In this document: in pieces, positions 10,975 through 24,790 of the stretch
Numbering within the stretch: the first letter of the stretch is position 1
Layout: each line of letters begins with the position of its first letter
Assembly (NCBI GenBank): GCA_013239625.1
Contig: MU053881.1
Span: 16,484,373-16,544,372, forward strand
Direction: 5' to 3'
Source of the DNA: Lama guanicoe
Taxonomy: Eukaryota
DNA length: 60,000 nucleotides
Notes under the pieces: model-generated
What the model saw: only the letters and a program-made list of their open reading frames with translations
Database searches by the model: none
Told to the model about the DNA's origin: nothing
Made by a program: the position numbers and the translations under genes

Positions 10975-11046
10975 TCATAGCTCCTTCTTTGCCTCCTCCA
11001 GAGCCTCCTCCATGGTCAGCGGGGCGGGCCTGTGTTGTCTGATGTA
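10975..11046 (-). CDS. C19orf44: C19orf44 last coding exon
   Basis: Minus strand cacag|TAC ATC AGA...CTA TGA; YIRQHRPAPLTMEEALEEAKKEL*; donor GAG|gtgaga 10 nt after stop. Confidence 0.88.
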   Translation of the reverse strand, partial: YIRQHRPAPLTMEEALEEAKKEL

Positions 11047-11546
11047 CTGTGGGGTAGAGGATACACAGGGAAGCCATCACCACTGCCGCCTCAGGTCCAC
11101 GGCAGCTCTGGGTACTGGAGATGGCACTTGTCCCCAGGGGCTCCCAGTCAGGCTAACAAAAAAATGATGGAAGGCCAGGTGACAATGCTGTGGAAACAGA
11201 AGAGGAGAGGTGAACCCAGGCAGGCTCTGCAGGTATCCTGCAAGGGACAAGCCCTGAGTCTGAAAGGGAAGAGGGATCTCGGTGGGGGCTGGGGCAACAC
11301 GGGTTGGGGAAAAGGGCTTGGGTGCCACTCTCAGGGCATGAGCTATGGCCAGGCAACCCGGTCAGATCGTGTCACCCTGCATCCGATCAACTATGGTACG
11401 TCCAACAGAGAGAAAAGCTTAAGGATCCCACAGGGGCGCAATCAGCCAAGTCCAGAGTGTGGGAAACCATTGGACAACCAATTTTCTTCCAACCAATAAA
11501 CTACAAGGAAATAAAAGAGATAGGGGAGGCAGGCAGACCTGTAGAG

Positions 11547-11673
11547 CAGTGGTTCTCAAAAGTGGGTCTCCAGTGGATTCATGAGAAACTCCCAGGCCGG
11601 CCCTGCTGCCAATACAACCCCGGTGGTCGCAGGCCCTCGGGGGTCTGAAGCGGCTCAGGGCTGAGAACCACTG
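11547..11673. mobile_element. MER5-like hAT-Charlie MITE
   Basis: Perfect TIRs CAGTGGTTCTCA / TGAGAACCACTG. Confidence 0.75.
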
Positions 11674-12374
11674 CTCTAGGTTAGGAGGCTAAACACACGG
11701 AAAAGCTTCAACGTACAACTTTGGATACTGATGAAGAAACAGGAACAAAATGTACAACTTTTTTTATGAAATGAGTGGAAATCTGAACACTGGATGCCTA
11801 ATGATATTAAAAGTTAATTTGGTTTTGTTATTATAAATATTGTGACTATTTTTTTAAAGTCTTTATTTTCAAGAACTATATACTGAATTATTTATAGATA
11901 GAATGGTAAAAATCACCATGCAGAACAATTCATATACCATTTCTCCAAGGAAGTATGTTTTTATATATACTATACCTATTATATAATTTATACATTATAT
12001 ACAGTATATTATATGTTGTATATATACATGACAGTTTATACTTACACAGAAAAAATCTAAAGGTAATAGTTTCTATGAAATTATGGAGGACTATAAGTTA
12101 TATATCTTTAACAATATTTTTTTAAAGTAACATGTCTTGTAATCAGACAAAAAATAAATTTTTGGAGGGGAAGAGGTTATTGTGACATCCCTTGAGCTTC
12201 GGCTCTGGGGACCAAGGCGAGAGGAAGGGTCTGTGGAGGGGCAGGACCCCTCACTGAGGAGAAGGCCACCTTTGGTCTGAGGCCACACAGAGCCTGGGTG
12301 GCAACCAGCTCTGGGAGCCCCCAGCCCAGCCAGGCCCAGCCCTGCACGGACAAGGAGAAAATGAGGCCCTTCTA

Positions 12375-12671
<297 letters not shown>

Positions 12672-13085
12672 TTAGCCCCGCGCCCCGTGAGGGCCCTGTG
12701 CCCGCCCCTCCCTGGCGGAGTCGGGGTGCCCTCTGCGAGTCTACCATCTTCGGAAGGCCTCCCATCTGTTCTCAGAAGTACACGAATGTACTGCTCTCTA
12801 CTGACGTGTGTGGATCTCAAGAGCTGCCTGTGCAGAGCGCTCCGCTCTGGGCTTAGCCGGAGCATCCTCCACCTCAGTGTCTGACACAGGGGAAGGAGGC
12901 CGCGCACCTGCACCGGCTGATCTAACACTCCTGAGCTGTACACTTTCATGTTATGCGTTTTAAAATTAGTAATTAAAATCATTTAAAATTTAAAATGCCA
13001 TTAAAATATAATTTTTAACTAAATAAAAATACAATTAAAGATAACTGCAATTGTTAAAAAGAATTGTTACTAAGACTACACAGTA

Positions 13086-13197
13086 GGGGTGGGTAATAGT
13101 TCAGTGGCAGAGGACGTGCTTAGCATGTTTGAGTCCTGGGTTCAATCCCCAGGACTGCCATTAAAAAATAAAGAAAAATAAAGCATACTTATTAAAA
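13086..13197 (+). mobile_element. tRNA-derived Vic-1-like SINE
   Basis: A/B-box head (tagttcagtggcagag...gggttcaatcccc), A-rich tail, TSD AAGACTACA(C/A)AGTA at 13072 and 13198. Confidence 0.8.
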
Positions 13198-13795
13198 AAG
13201 ACTACAAAGTAACATGGAAAAGTCTTAGAGGTTAATAAGCTTAAAAAAGTATGAGATTTTTTTAAGGATATAAACATTTCATTTGTTACAACCAATACAT
13301 TTTAATATCTTCATCTCAAAATGTTAAGAAAATTGAAATGGGAAAAAAAGAGCAGATTCTAGATGGACCTTGCTGGTATTTGGTGAGCCATCAGCGGCCC
13401 CCGCATGAGGACCTAGCACAGACTGGGGCTCTTAAGGTGCCTTCCTCTCGCCCCAGGCTGGGCTGGGCCTCCCCAGGGCCCTTCAACTCCCCCAGACTCG
13501 GCAAGGGCTGTGTCCACATGGCTGGGCCTCTCAGGACTGGCGGAGTATCCTCCAGAGAAAAACTGCTGTGGATTCTGGACCAGACAGGCTCAGGGGGAAG
13601 GTACAAAATGAAAAGAGTCTTGCTGGGGTGGAAGGTGCACAGGTGTCACCGGGACCTCACTATTTTGTCTGACACTGGTGTCCTATTACAAGACAGACAA
13701 GATTCTCAGACACTCTGTCATCTGGGATCCTAGGAATTGTGAGTTGCCTGGGGCTGTGACAATCCCCACCAATGGATTCCCCAAACCCAGAGCTA

Positions 13796-14044
<249 letters not shown>

Positions 14045-15209
14045 TCAACAGGGAAATAAGCTTTGTGACTCTGTCCTTTTCTCTTTCTGAACGTGATGAC
14101 CACCCTCCTTGCTTTTTGAACCTCCTCCCCTTTTAAAATTTCCCCAAACATTCCTCCATCTTTCTGGGAGGTTCTCCCAGTTAAATATACAAGTCGGGTG
14201 AGCTGACTGAAGCGGTCACTGCAGCTCATGGTGGCTGATGGCTGTGGCATCGTGCCCTCCTCTCACTCTGTCTTCCTTCTACAGCCATCTGAGGGCTTCA
14301 GAATGTTTCCTGGACTCTAACAAGCCGGTTTATTTAGGCTGCCTTTTTTCTCCCTCCTTTCAATGTCAGCCTAGTCTGGGAAATCAGCACTGCCAATGGT
14401 TTACGAAAGCATCCCTTTAAATTGCAAAAAACACGAACAGAAACGCACCCATTTGCTGCCACTGGCCTTGCTGTCAGAAAGGCAGCAGGAAGACGTGGAA
14501 AGGGAGGTTCTGAGTCACAGAACCCAGGTTTAAAATCCCCCTGAACACTTCCCAGTGATGCAGGTTGGCATGTCTGACTGGCCTTCCTACCTGAGGAACT
14601 GAACAGTCACCCCCCGCCCAGGTGTGAGGCCCAGGCTGATTATGGCTGAGCCCCCAAATCCCACTGAACAGATCGATGGAGAATCACACCCCCACACACA
14701 GCCCAGGAACGAGCTCTGTGCACATGGTGGGTGTTGTCTAGACAGGAAAAGGGATCAGGAGAATCTCTAAACAAAGCGATTGCTCGTCCAGAAAGGCCAA
14801 GACTGACGCTGGGGGCAAGAGCAGTGCCGCTGCACCCACAAGAGAATCCACCAAAACCCAATGAGTGCCGACAACCAGCCAGACAGGCCACACGGCAGTG
14901 CTCAGGGCCCCGACGCTGGAGCCCCACAAGCCACTTGGGGACACGCTGTCTGGGCAGGAGGTTCCTGTCTCAGCGCTGTCCCCAGTTCACCCTGGGTGCC
15001 GCTGCCCTCTGGGGCCGGTCCCTCTCTGGGGGGCCGTCCTGGCCACTGCAGGAGGCTGAGCAGAGCCTCTGGCCTTCGCCCAGAGACTGTCGCCCAGGCC
15101 TTACCCATGTCCCCCGGGGCCAGGACCACCCCAGCTGAGAACCCCTGCCTTGGTCTTTGGTTCTGAAACCTTTCAGAGGGTTTTAGAGCTCAGAAAACAG
15201 AGGGGACTA

Positions 15210-15743
<534 letters not shown>

Positions 15744-16152
15744 CTAAAACGAAGGATGGCAGAAATAACTGAAAAGCGTTTTCAGATGAGCAACACTCTC
15801 CAAACACCCCTGCGCTGGACTGAGGTGCAGGGCACTGCAGGGGCCCAGCACGTGAGGGCCCACGCCGCCCGCCTTGACGTGGGCAGGCCGAGTGCCGGGG
15901 GCAGAGCCCTTAAACCTGGCAGCACAAGGCTGCGGCGCCGCACGCTGGCGGTGTGAGCGCGCACGGGTGGCACCTCTTAGTGCCATCGTTACGTATTATT
16001 AAAACGTGCGTTTGACGGCGGGGCGGTTACAAATCACCCCAGGGCACTGTGACGAGTCTAGGTCTAGTGGAGGTATTGCCATGGGGAGGTTTAGCAGAAC
16101 CTGCTTTAATCACCTGCTATGTTAAGTAGCTCCACCCTGTTACCACTTAAAT

Positions 16153-16365
16153 CAGGGTCTCACCTGTGGCATGTTGACATTTGAGACCGGGAACATTCTT
16201 CGCAGCGGGGACCATCCTGGACATTGCGGGACATTGAGCAGCATCCCTGGCTACCACCCACGTGACGCCAGTCATACCCTGCACCCCAGCCAAGATGACC
16301 ACCAGGTCGCCAGACATCACCAAGTGTCCCATGGGGCTGCAGTCATCCCCAGGTGAGAAGCACTG
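16153..16365. mobile_element. MER20-like hAT DNA transposon
   Basis: MER20-like internal sequence; 8-bp TSD ACTTAAAT/ACCTAAAT. Confidence 0.75.
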
Positions 16366-16440
16366 ACCTAAATGAGGCATGATGGCTGCACACTGTCCTA
16401 TGTAAAGACCTACAGTGAAAAATTAGCTCGTTGTACTTAC

Positions 16441-16514
16441 TTCCAGTTCCAAGTCTGATTTCTCACTGACAGCTGGAGCCAGATCATCAAGGGATAAAAT
16501 ATTTATCCTAAAAT
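16441..16514 (-). CDS. C19orf44: C19orf44 coding exon
   Basis: ttacag|AT TTT AGG...CTG GAA|gtaagt; DFRINILSLDDLAPAVSEKSDLELE. Confidence 0.88.
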
Positions 16515-16653
16515 CTGTAATGAAAAATGTAACATGATGATATCTACTCATTTATTTACTCCACAAGTGTCCACCAGCCTGTTGTAGGCACGGTTAACTG
16601 CTAGGAGCTGGGAGAGCAGAGGGCAGCCAGTCTCTGTCCTCAGAAAGCTGGCC

Positions 16654-16835
16654 CAGGGGTCCCAAGGCTTTTTCTTTACAAGGGCTGGGGAGTAAATATT
16701 TTCAGCATTTCAGGCAAGTCTCTGTCAGCATTCTTCAGCTCTGTCCTTATGATGCGAAAGCCGCCACAGACCATGTGTAAACAAGTGGGTGTGGCCATAT
16801 CCCAATAAAATTTTATTTATAACAAAAGACGCAGG
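16654..16835. mobile_element. MER58A-like hAT element
   Basis: caggggtc...gtaaatattttcagc...gggtgtggccatatcccaataaaattttatttataa. Confidence 0.65.
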
Positions 16836-16847
16836 GACGGGGCTTAC

Positions 16848-17166
16848 CATTCAGGCTGTCATCGGCGGCTTCTGAGGGGCACTCATCCTGAGGCCCAGCC
16901 TCACTCCTGGGGGAGGATGAGAGCTTGGCCTCCCCCGTCGTCGAGGGCACTGACTTCGGAAAGGAGCCAGTGATGGAAAGTGACGCTGAGCGGGAGGCTG
17001 TGTCACCTGAAATGTGAGTCTGTGGGGCACGAGCTCTCGAGCCAAGACTGTGAAGGGTCCCATCTGCTGACTGTGAGCCTGGCAGACGCGATGCCCGAAA
17101 CGGCTTGGGGCTGGAAAGTTCCTTACTGGGCAGTGAAAGGTCTCTAGGTTGAGTTCGGATCTGATC
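16848..17166 (-). CDS. C19orf44: C19orf44 coding exon
   Basis: gtag|GAT CAG ATC...AAT G|gtaagc; open frame DQIRTQPRDLSLPS...EAADDSLN. Confidence 0.82.
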
Positions 17167-17534
17167 CTACTTTGACGGAAATAAAAGAAGTAAAATTAGC
17201 AAACATACAATACGTTAAGTCCTTATCATTCGACTTGGTGGCTGGTGGAGAGCAAGAGACCAAGGCCTCGATCATCAAATAATTCCTCTCTGCCCCCTTC
17301 TCTCCTCTCCCCTCATTTCTGGAAGTCAAGATACAGCATTTAGATAAGATGATACTAGGATTGGAAACACTCCACAAATAATCAGAAATATCACTCTGCT
17401 TCCAAAAACATATTATTACACATCTTCTAGACTAAGGCCCCTGAGTATAAGATCTGTGACAACCTGGGTGTTCAATAGAGTTTAAATCAATATGCAAACT
17501 TTTCCCCCTTCCAAAGCAACCTTCCCGTTTCTTC

Positions 17535-18140
17535 ACATCCACTAGGATGGCTGTCACACACACACACACACACAAACAAAATAACAAGTGTTAGCAAGGA
17601 TGTGGAGAAATTGGAGCCCTCTTACGCTGCTGGCGGGAACGTAAAATGGTGCAGCTGCTGTGGGAAACAGTTTGTTCCTCAGTAAGTTACATACAGAATT
17701 ACTATAGGGCCCAGCAATTCCACTCCTCTAAGTACAGACCCAAAAAAATTGAAAACAGGAACTCAAACAGATACTTATACACTATTCACAGTTGCCAAAA
17801 GGTAGAAACACAAATGTCCATCAACAGATGAAGAGAGAAACAAAATGTGGTCCATCCATACAACGGAGTATCACTCAGCCCTAAAAAGGAATGAAGCCCT
17901 GACACAGGCTACAATGGGAGTGAACCTCAAAACCATTATGTTGAGAGAAAGAAGCCAGACACAAAAGGCCACATGTTGTATGATTCCATTACATGAAATG
18001 TCCAGAACAGGTAAACCCATAGAGACAGAAAGCAGATTAGTGGTTGTCAGAGTCTGGGGAAGAGGGGAGACAGGGAGTGATTACTGGGTAAGGGTTTCCT
18101 TTTGGGCTGATGAAAATGTTCTGGAACTCGGAGGGAGGGT
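17535..18140 (+). mobile_element. L1 (L1MB-like) 3' fragment
   Basis: ggatgtggagaaattggagccc...aaaaggaatgaagccctgacac...gaagccagacacaaaaggccac. Confidence 0.8.
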
Positions 18141-18412
18141 ATAGCTGCGATCGCGGCTGGTGTCAGATCAGTCATACCAAGTGCTGTCCTGTGGTGTGTA
18201 CAGTTATGAGTTCCACATATTGCAAAACTGCCTGACGTGTCCCAAATTCTATCCCTTACAGAGCAGACCACCAATAGGTACCTGCGACTGGCTTCATCCA
18301 ACCTTTCCCCATCAAATGCTTTCTCAAGTAGCTTATGGGTGTTGGCCACCATTGAAAGTCTCTATACTATGACATAAATGTAAAGGGTTTGTTAAAAATA
18401 AATATATGCCAG

Positions 18413-19366
<954 letters not shown>

Positions 19367-20109
19367 TCACATTGTGCATTCGGATCTGTCGATGCCTCCC
19401 ACCACCCGGCGGGGATCAAATCCCCCTTCGCAGTCTGGCCGGAGCCGCACCTTCCAGCCTGATAATGGCAAGGAAAATGACAAGACACCTGCCAGGTCTC
19501 AAATGAGACATGTTACCTACGAAAGACGAGAGCCGGTGATTCTCAGCTCCAGCCCTGAGCTCTGCTCAGAGCTACATTCTCTCTCTGACCCCTCACACGA
19601 CCCTGGGGGTCAGTCGTCGCCATCCCCATTTCGTGGAGGAGGTGGACGGAATGAGAGCCCCCATAGGCTAGGTCACCTGGCCAGTGAGCAGCAGAGCCAA
19701 GTTCAAGGCTCAGGCAGATTCCAAAGACCCCACTCACCCCTACGGTGCCTCACCACCTTTCCAGTGGCTCCACCTCTACTCCTAGTGAGTCCGGCTTCCC
19801 AGCTGTACCCCAAGTCCGGTCTCCTCCTGTACCTGAGTGTCCTCAGCTCTTTCACAAAGAGCTGTTGAAACACAGTCTGTGTATTTAACAAGCTCCCCAC
19901 CACTTTCTGGGGGCGCGGGGGGGGCTGTGGACAGACACGGACCTCGCACCAAATGTCGGCGTGTGTGTGCTGGTGGATGGTTTTCTGGGGAGGAGGGCCG
20001 GAGTTTTCATCATATTCTCGGGAGTTCCCACATGCCCCTGAAAGAATATGAACGACTCATCGCAAGATTTACCAAGGTTTCAAAGTATTTTAATGATTAA
20101 AAGAAAAAA

Positions 20110-20650
20110 AAAAACGTAAGAATACGGTGTTGGTGGATGTGTGTTTGCTGCAGCCCCTTTAGTGAGGAACTCAGCAACAGCAATGAAAATGTGGACTGAG
20201 TAGTGACCCCGCAATACCAAATGTCCATTACCTAGTGAATGGATGAGAACTGAGCTCCATCCATAAATCAGATACTATTCAGTAATAAAAAAAAAAGAAC
20301 AAATCGTGATACACACAACAACATGCATATATGTCAAACACATCATACCAGGGGAAAGTACCAAATGATGCAAAACACACACACACACCGTATGATTATA
20401 AGGACTGTCCAGGAAAGGCAAATCTATAGGCTCAGAAAGCCCATTAGTGGTTGCCTGGGGCTGGGGGCGGTAGCGGGGACGGACTGCATAGGGGCAGGAG
20501 AGATACACTTGGGGTGACTGAAAACTTCTAAAGTTGGATGATGGTGATGGTTGCACCACTGGGTAAATTCACTAAAAATAACAAAGTTGTACGCTTAGAA
20601 GGGGTGAATTGTATGGTATGTAGATGAATCATCAATAAAGTTATTAAAAA
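20110..20650 (+). mobile_element. Old L1 3' end fragment
   Basis: ggatgatggtgatggttgcacc...ttgtacgcttagaaggggtgaattgtatggtatg...caataaagttattaaaaa. Confidence 0.7.
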
Positions 20651-20659
20651 TAAGTAACA

Positions 20660-21470
20660 CGGGCGGCTCTCAGACTATCCGGCTCTTACCCCAGGCCTGG
20701 AGCGACCCACATCGGACCATGCTAGCAAGTAGGGCCCAGACGTAAAGTCGCTGGGCCACCCTCCCGCTGCCCAACAGGCCCAGCTAGGGAGCGCGCCCCG
20801 TTTCCCCGCAACTCCTCGGGGCCCGGCCACCGCCCAGCCAACCCCACCAACCTCCTCCCACGAAGTCCTTCCGCGGAGGCCGTCGCCGCTCTTGGCCGGA
20901 CACTCGGGCCAGAAGGGACTGTTGCCCACGGCAACAGCGCCAGGAAGAAAGAGACCACAACTCCCGGTGCACGCCGCGCCCCAAGAACCAATATCGCCCG
21001 AGGTCACAATCGCGAGGCGTCATGGGTGTGGTAGTTTGGGGGCGGGCACAGCGCGCCCCGAGCACTAGGAACCAATGATGTGTCAGGTCACAATCGCGAG
21101 GCGTGACGGGAGTTGTAGTTCCGGGGCGGGCCTGGCACACCGCGAAGACCGCTGGACTCAAAAGGAGCGGTTACGAAAAGAGGTCGCTCTTTCCCTATGG
21201 CCGCGGTTCGAGTCCCTCTCTGGGCAGTCTGTGTGCTGCGGGTGGCGCTGGCCACCGTCTACTTCCAAGAGGAATTTCTAGACGGAGGTGAAGGGGCGAC
21301 GCCGGAGGGTGGCGTGGGCGTAAGCCCCCGCATACCCCGCTGCCCAACGGATGGCCCGAGTCGCCTTTGCTCCCCACCACCCCCGCCGTCGCCGAAGGAT
21401 CTGCGGTGGCAAAACCTTGAAGCTTCGAAGCCTCGAGGGCCCCGTTCACTCCCCCCACGACGCAGATTAA
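20660..21470. promoter_or_regulatory. CpG island / bidirectional promoter of C19orf44 (-) and CALR3 (+); includes non-coding C19orf44 exon 1 (candidate donors near 20851 or 20689)
   Basis: CpG-dense; CCAAT boxes 20988 and 21072, GC boxes 21039 and 21123, ZNF143-like ACYACAACTCCC at 20954(+) and 21108(-), TCGCGA cores, RFX X-box 20921-20935. Confidence 0.85.
21197..21287 (+). CDS. CALR3: Calreticulin-3 (calsperin) exon 1, signal peptide
   Basis: MAAVRVPLWAVCVLRVALATVYFQEEFLDG; GGA G|gtgaag. Confidence 0.95.
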
Positions 21471-21508
21471 CAGTTTTCAGCCCTAACTGGTGTTATTTCC
21501 CACCACAG

Positions 21509-21610
21509 AGCGCTGGAGGAACCGATGGGTGCAGTCCACCAATGACTCCCAATTTGGGCATTTTAGACTCTCGTCTGGGAAATTTTATGGTCATAAAGAG
21601 AAAGACAAAG
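21509..21610 (+). CDS. CALR3: CALR3 exon 2
   Basis: acag|AG CGC TGG...AAA G|gttagt; ERWRNRWVQSTNDSQFGHFRLSSGKFYGHKEKDK. Confidence 0.95.
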
Positions 21611-21794
21611 GTTAGTGTAGGAATCGTGAGAAAATCAAGCTAAATATTAACCCCCCTATAGCAACCTTTCAAAGTAGGTGTGGCACACCTCTAAGGCCCA
21701 TTTCACAGGTGGGGAAACTAAGGCGTGGGTAGAGTTTGTGTTTTTTTGTTTGTTTGTTTTCTCTCTTTACTTGACCAGGATAACCTCTCTTAAT

Positions 21795-21926
21795 TTGGGG
21801 GGGGTGGGGGTAGGGGAGAAGGTAATCAGGTATTTATTTATTTATTTAATGGCAGTACTGAGGATTGAACCTAGGACCTCATGCATGTTAGGCAGGACCT
21901 CTACCGCTGAGCTATACCCTCCCCCC
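21795..21926 (-). mobile_element. Vic-1-like SINE
   Basis: Reverse-strand tRNA-like head; TSD ATAACCTCTCT(T/C)AAT at 21780 and 21927. Confidence 0.85.
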
Positions 21927-22319
21927 ATAACCTCTCTCAATAAGTACTAGTCAAATGGGTTTGGAGACCTGAGGGTTTTGCCCTACAGAAGGAAAAAGAT
22001 TACAGGGTGCTTCTCATTTTTATTTTCCCTACCTCAATTTTAATATATATTATATATATATATATATATAAGCACAGATCTTAGGGGTTCCAATAGGATG
22101 AATGTTTACAACAGCACCCCCAGGTCAAGACAGGGAATGTTTTCAGGCCCCATCCCCAGCCCTAGAGGCCTCCTTTGTGGCCAGCTCCCCCCAGGTCAGC
22201 AGCCTCCTGGTACCAAGAATAACCTCTTTTCCAGCTTCTCATTCCTGATGGTGAAAGGTAGATAAACAACAGCTCCTCTACCGCCTGGTTTTTGTGCAGC
22301 CAGTTAGATGAGACTGGGC

Positions 22320-22585
22320 TTTCCACTTTTTTTAATTGTTGGAGAAAAATAGAGAAGAGAATAGTATTCTGTGACATGTAAAAATTATACAAAATTCAGT
22401 GAAACCTCTGAAATTTCAGGGTCCATAAATAAAGCGTTAGTGGAACACAGCCATGGTCATTCATTTACATGTGGTCTATGGCCGCTTTCAGGCTGCTAAG
22501 GCAGCACTGAGCAGTTGGGATAGAGAATGAATGGTCCACAAAGTCTAAAATAACGGCCTTACAGAAAACGTTCGCCAACCCCTGA
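22320..22585. mobile_element. MER58B-like hAT element
   Basis: ...tttcagggtccataaataaagc...ggaacacagccatg...tacagaaaacgttcgccaacccctg. Confidence 0.65.
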
Positions 22586-24024
22586 GTTAGCTGGAAATTT
22601 TCCTTCTTCACTACCTCAGCTTCCATCTTGGCCCTGTTACTCCAATGTTGCCCTAACATCCAGCAGTCTCAGGTTTTGGTTTTTATATGCATTGCTTTGT
22701 AGACACATGTTGCTCCAAATCGTCAGGCTGTAGTGGCAAAATGGAGTGAAAATAGCAAGTTGTTCTGTGAAGCTTGTCCAAGGAGAGGGGTTGTCATTTG
22801 GTTTTTAACCCACAGTAATTTTCCTTCCTCCAACCTGGAATTCTGAGACTCTGTGCATTTCATCTACTCCAGCACATGCCTCCTGAGAGAAGAGCCAGGC
22901 CAGGCACTGAGGTTAATTTGGCCTTTTGCATTGTAGTCTCCCTGGACCCCGGTCTAGAAGCCATGGATGGAAAGATAAATAGAATTTAGCCAAACAGACA
23001 TGGCAGGTGATGAGAGATGATGGTGGTGGCTGAGGAGTGTGGTAAGACACCTAGGGAAGCAGTGAGTCATACGGCCTTAGAAATTGCCTGGAAGGTAGAG
23101 GGAGGGAGGGGGAAGGACTACTAATCACCTGAGAAAGGGAAGGGTAGGGGAAGAATGGAGGGGAGAGAGAGAGAGAGGTGTGGGAGTGGAGAGTCAACCA
23201 TGAATTCAGGGTTAGATACAGTGATACAAAATGCCAAGTTCATTAATGATTGCTCTCAGCATAGACAGTTATAGGAACTCGTGTATAGAGCAAGGAAGGG
23301 CAGATTATAAGAAGACTGGCTGTGTTTTCACGTTTGTCTTACATTCCAGTATAAAATGAGGATTTGGTACAGAGCCTAGTGGCTACTGAAAAAGGAGGTT
23401 CCTGTCTTGAAGTGAACGCCTAAACTTATAAAGTACGAGATGAGTCACATGACAAAAGGATGGTATCTTCATAAAAAGCCACCACACGGAGGACACCTAC
23501 GGGCCAGCTCACCCAGTGCAGTGAAGAAGCACTTTTTTACAGATCAGCAGTCTGTCCTCCATCAGCTGTTGCATCTCTTAAGTAGCTGCTTTAAGACGAG
23601 AATTAAGGGAAAGAAGTAGAATGTTCCAGTTGTTAATCCAGTTGCTACCGAGCTTCCTTGTAGCTTCCCCACCCCTTGGAAAATGAATGGAAGCAAAAGT
23701 AATCTTTTATCCATAATTAGATTGCATATTTGTCATTTAGAGCCGAAGTGTGTTTGTAACCTAAGACGTAACAATGATATATTAAGTGCAAAAACACCTA
23801 TATGTACATGAGTATGTGAAATAGAAGTTCCGTGGCAGCAGAGCGCCTGTTAGTGATGTGCCCATTGAATGTTATTGCAGCATATTATAAATGTGCTGTA
23901 GGCACTGGATCAACATAAATGGTTAGAAGGTTTATTATTGGGGATTGGGGAGGACAACCATTTAATTCCCTGCATTGCTCAGCAGTGTCATTCCTAATCC
24001 TTCATTAGTACTTTTTATTTAAAG

Positions 24025-24228
24025 GTCTGCAAACCACTCAAAACGGCCGATTCTACGCCATCTCTGCACGGTTCAAACCATTTAGCAATAAAGGGAAGAC
24101 TCTGATCATCCAGTACACAGTGAAACACGAGCAGAAGATGGACTGCGGAGGGGGTTACGTTAAGGTCTTCCCTGCAGACGTGGATCAGAAGAACCTGAAT
24201 GGAAAATCCCCGTACTATATTATGTTCG
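24025..24228 (+). CDS. CALR3: CALR3 exon 3
   Basis: aaag|GT CTG CAA...TTC G|gtgagt; GLQTTQNGRFYAISARFKPFSNKGKTLIIQYTVKHEQKMDCGGGYVKVF (calreticulin signature). Confidence 0.96.
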
Positions 24229-24450
24229 GTGAGTTTAGCTAGTCCACACCACCCCTTCTGGTGATTCTGAAAACCCTTCCACCTTGTAGAATCCTTAGAC
24301 TTTGCTAAAGCAGCATTGGGTACGTGTAACTAAAGCTCTTAGTACTGTTAAACCTAATTAATAGACCCAAAGGCAACTCTGCCTTTCTACTGTTCTTCAG
24401 AGAAAGTTATTCATTCAACACTAATGTAGCCTAGAGTATTTTGAATGCAC

Positions 24451-24790
24451 CAGGAGTCAGCAAACCTTGGCCACAGGCCAAATAGCCCACAGCCTGAGTT
24501 TGTTATGGCCCATAAGTTGAGAATGGGTTTTAACATTTTTTAGTGATTGAAGAAAATCAAAACAGGGGATAGTACTTTTGACACATGAAAATAATATGAA
24601 ACTCAGATTTCAGTGTCCACAAATGACGTCTTACTGGAATGCAACCTCACTCTGTTCACTTACATCTTGTGTGTGGCTGCTTTCAGGCAGCAGTGGCAGA
24701 GTTGAGTGATCATGGCAGAGGCCACATGGCCCACAAAGCCAAAAATGTTTACTGTCTGGCTCCTTACAGAAAGAACTTACTGATCCCCAG
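24451..24790. mobile_element. MER58B-like hAT element
   Basis: caggagtcagcaaac...ggcccacaaagccaaaaatgtttactgtctggctccttacagaa. Confidence 0.7.

Noticed and set aside
20985..21131. Direct repeats with variable spacer as a CRISPR-like array
   Set aside because: Only two units, made of mammalian transcription-factor motifs in a CpG island; no cas genes
22320..24790. Two MER58B-like copies flanking CALR3 exon 3 as an inverted pair promoting circularisation
   Set aside because: They are in the same orientation and diverged
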